Shown: positions 62,033 through 64,000 of the stretch, in pieces
Layout of the letters: each line of letters opens with the position of its first letter
How positions within the stretch are numbered: the stretch's first letter is position 1
From: Tubiluchus corallicola
Lineage: Eukaryota; Animalia; Priapulida
Length of the DNA stretch: 64,000 nucleotides
Reading direction: 5' to 3'
Assembly: GCA_030141605.1 (NCBI GenBank)
Contig: JAQGDQ010000076.1
Location: 124,001 to 188,000, forward strand
The notes under the pieces: model-generated
Seen by the model: only the letters and a program-made list of their open reading frames with translations
Databases searched by the model: none
What the model was told of the DNA's origin: nothing
Program-made: the position numbers and the translations under genes

Positions 62033-63229
62033 AATGCTAACAAGCGGTTTTTCCGGTTCTAATGGATAATAAATTCTAAAAGAAAAACAACGAAAAGTTT
62101 AGAACATTGTTGAAATAAACATTTCATCACTACCTAAATTCTAAAAAGTGCATAATGCATTCAAGAAACTAAAATTTTAACATACACTCAGAGCTTCATA
62201 TCTCCTATCTGGTATATCCAGATTGTTTCCTATCTCATATCAGATCTCATATATCCATGAGCTCTAAAACATGTAAGTTAACTTAATTCAAAATAATAAA
62301 AATTATTTCATTTCCAAAACAATTTTTCTTACAGTTTTGGACTTTTGGCACAATGCAAACTAGGAGGATTCAGCACTCATTGCAAGATCTTCTTGAAACA
62401 TTGTTTTGTTTATAATGCAGGATGCGGTAGAGCTTCAAAAAACGATGTTGATGCTGCAACTGACCCTTAACATCTGATAAAAATTAAAGCACAGTTTGGC
62501 AGCTATCTATGATTGGTTTTCAGGTATCAGCATCAGGGGTGAGCAAAACTGTACTAAAAATGATTCCAATTTTTGGCTTTCCAATTTGTATCAAATATGA
62601 AACTCAGAATTAAGATTTGCAAATAAATCATTAATCAGTAATAAAAATAGCGAGTACAAAATATTTCATTTAGCTCAGAGTTGATGAAGATTGTGCACAT
62701 ATATGTCACTGGTACTATATTACCATTAAGACCAATGGAGTGACATAATAATACTATAAAAATATCATGTGAGGGTGCTTAAGTACTACATATTTCATTG
62801 ATTAATACCAAAGAATGATTTTTGTAGCCAAAATTAAGAATCACAGTAAAAATATCTTGACACACTTAGCAATCTAGAGCATCTACTTTTACTTACTGTT
62901 TTTAGCTGTTTTACATATTTGATGTTTTATTGCACACTTGCAGCTGTTACCGCTAATGACTCATTAAACTTAAAGAACACTAAAATTTATTAATAGACTA
63001 TAGATAATTAATAGACACTTGATTCTGGACATGTAACAAACAACAGTTCTCTAAATTATTATAATATAAGTGGCAATGCAGATTACAAACAATTGCTAAT
63101 GGTAACCAGATGATTGCCATCCTCACTACTTATTATCATTTGACAAAAGATGGTAAGAACAGTAACAATTCGTTAAAAAAGTGCACAGAAATCATTATTA
63201 AATCATTCTGATTGCGCGATACTGCAAAC

Positions 63230-63370
63230 GATTTAACGACAAAAATCAAATGTAACTGAAGCGTTGAGTTATTCGACTCCACAATGTTAGATTCAAATAA
63301 AAGTAAAAAACAAGTTCGAATCAAATCATAGTATTCGAATTCGATTCAAACATTTGACGCACACCCCTAA
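63230..63370 (-). mobile_element. One end of a hAT-like MITE
   Basis: Minus-strand terminus TAGGGGTGTGC followed by clustered TTCGAAT/ATTCGA subterminal repeats. The partner end was not identified. Confidence 0.4.
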
Positions 63371-64000
63371 CAAGCATTGCTGTTTTGCTCGTCAATACCG
63401 CACAAGTGATATGACACTGCTCATTATTTTCAATTATTAGCAAAAACTCACCTGCCAGGCCTATTCTTGGCCTCCTCAGAGTCAGATTCGGTATCAGAAC
63501 TAAAACTATGGTCATAAATCCTGCTGACGGCTCGAACACGTTTACTGGCCATCCCACTACAGGGACAGCAGAACCGCTAGGACTACAAGGAGCTCCGTTT
63601 TGCTGAAAAAATCAACAACTATTAGGTTTAAATGCAAACAGTGTGTACATTACAGTTTCTATATAAAACTGAGCTGCAGAAAAAGCAAGTTTAGCTTTCA
63701 AGAAGTATGCTGCAGTGTACAATGTGTTTCAGTGATTGATTATTTTATATTACTTGGTGGAATCCTAAGAAACATGTCATGAAATCTACACGCAAAGCTG
63801 AAAGCTTCAAATGGCTTTTGGGCAAAAGTTCAAAAGGTGGATACTCATATTTTAATTCACTATGATCACATTACAAACCAAGGCCAATAGACAATTAGGT
63901 TTTTAGCACCCTATGAAGTTTTCAAATACATTGTATCATATAGTAACAGAATTAAATTCTACCATACCACATGGTTACATTGAGTCAAAAATTTTGGTTA

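Overview
This is AT-rich, intron-containing animal genomic DNA, probably invertebrate; the taxon cannot be fixed from sequence alone. I rebuilt five protein-coding genes by hand from GT-AG splice sites and reading-frame phase. (1) NEMF/Rqc2 on the minus strand, 19 exons visible, with the 3' end outside the window. (2) A peripherin-2/ROM1-like tetraspanin on the plus strand, head-to-head with NEMF (243 bp between ATGs), with an unusual Cys-rich, acidic and Lys-rich tail. (3, 4) A divergently transcribed pair of unrecognised low-complexity Gly/Pro/Tyr- and Ser/Tyr/Asp/Arg-rich proteins of about 1140-1190 aa and about 447 aa. Their bodies lack Cys and the smaller one has a clear signal peptide. 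(5) BTBD10/KCTD20 on the minus strand. Introns and spacers hold a decayed Kolobok-like transposon, a piggyBac-type MITE nested in a 5S-derived SINE, more copies of that SINE, CR1/L2 LINE fragments, other MITEs, a 3x134-bp tandem repeat and microsatellites. The best candidate for an undescribed system is the Tyr-rich protein pair, a possible cross-linked extracellular material. No database searches were run.
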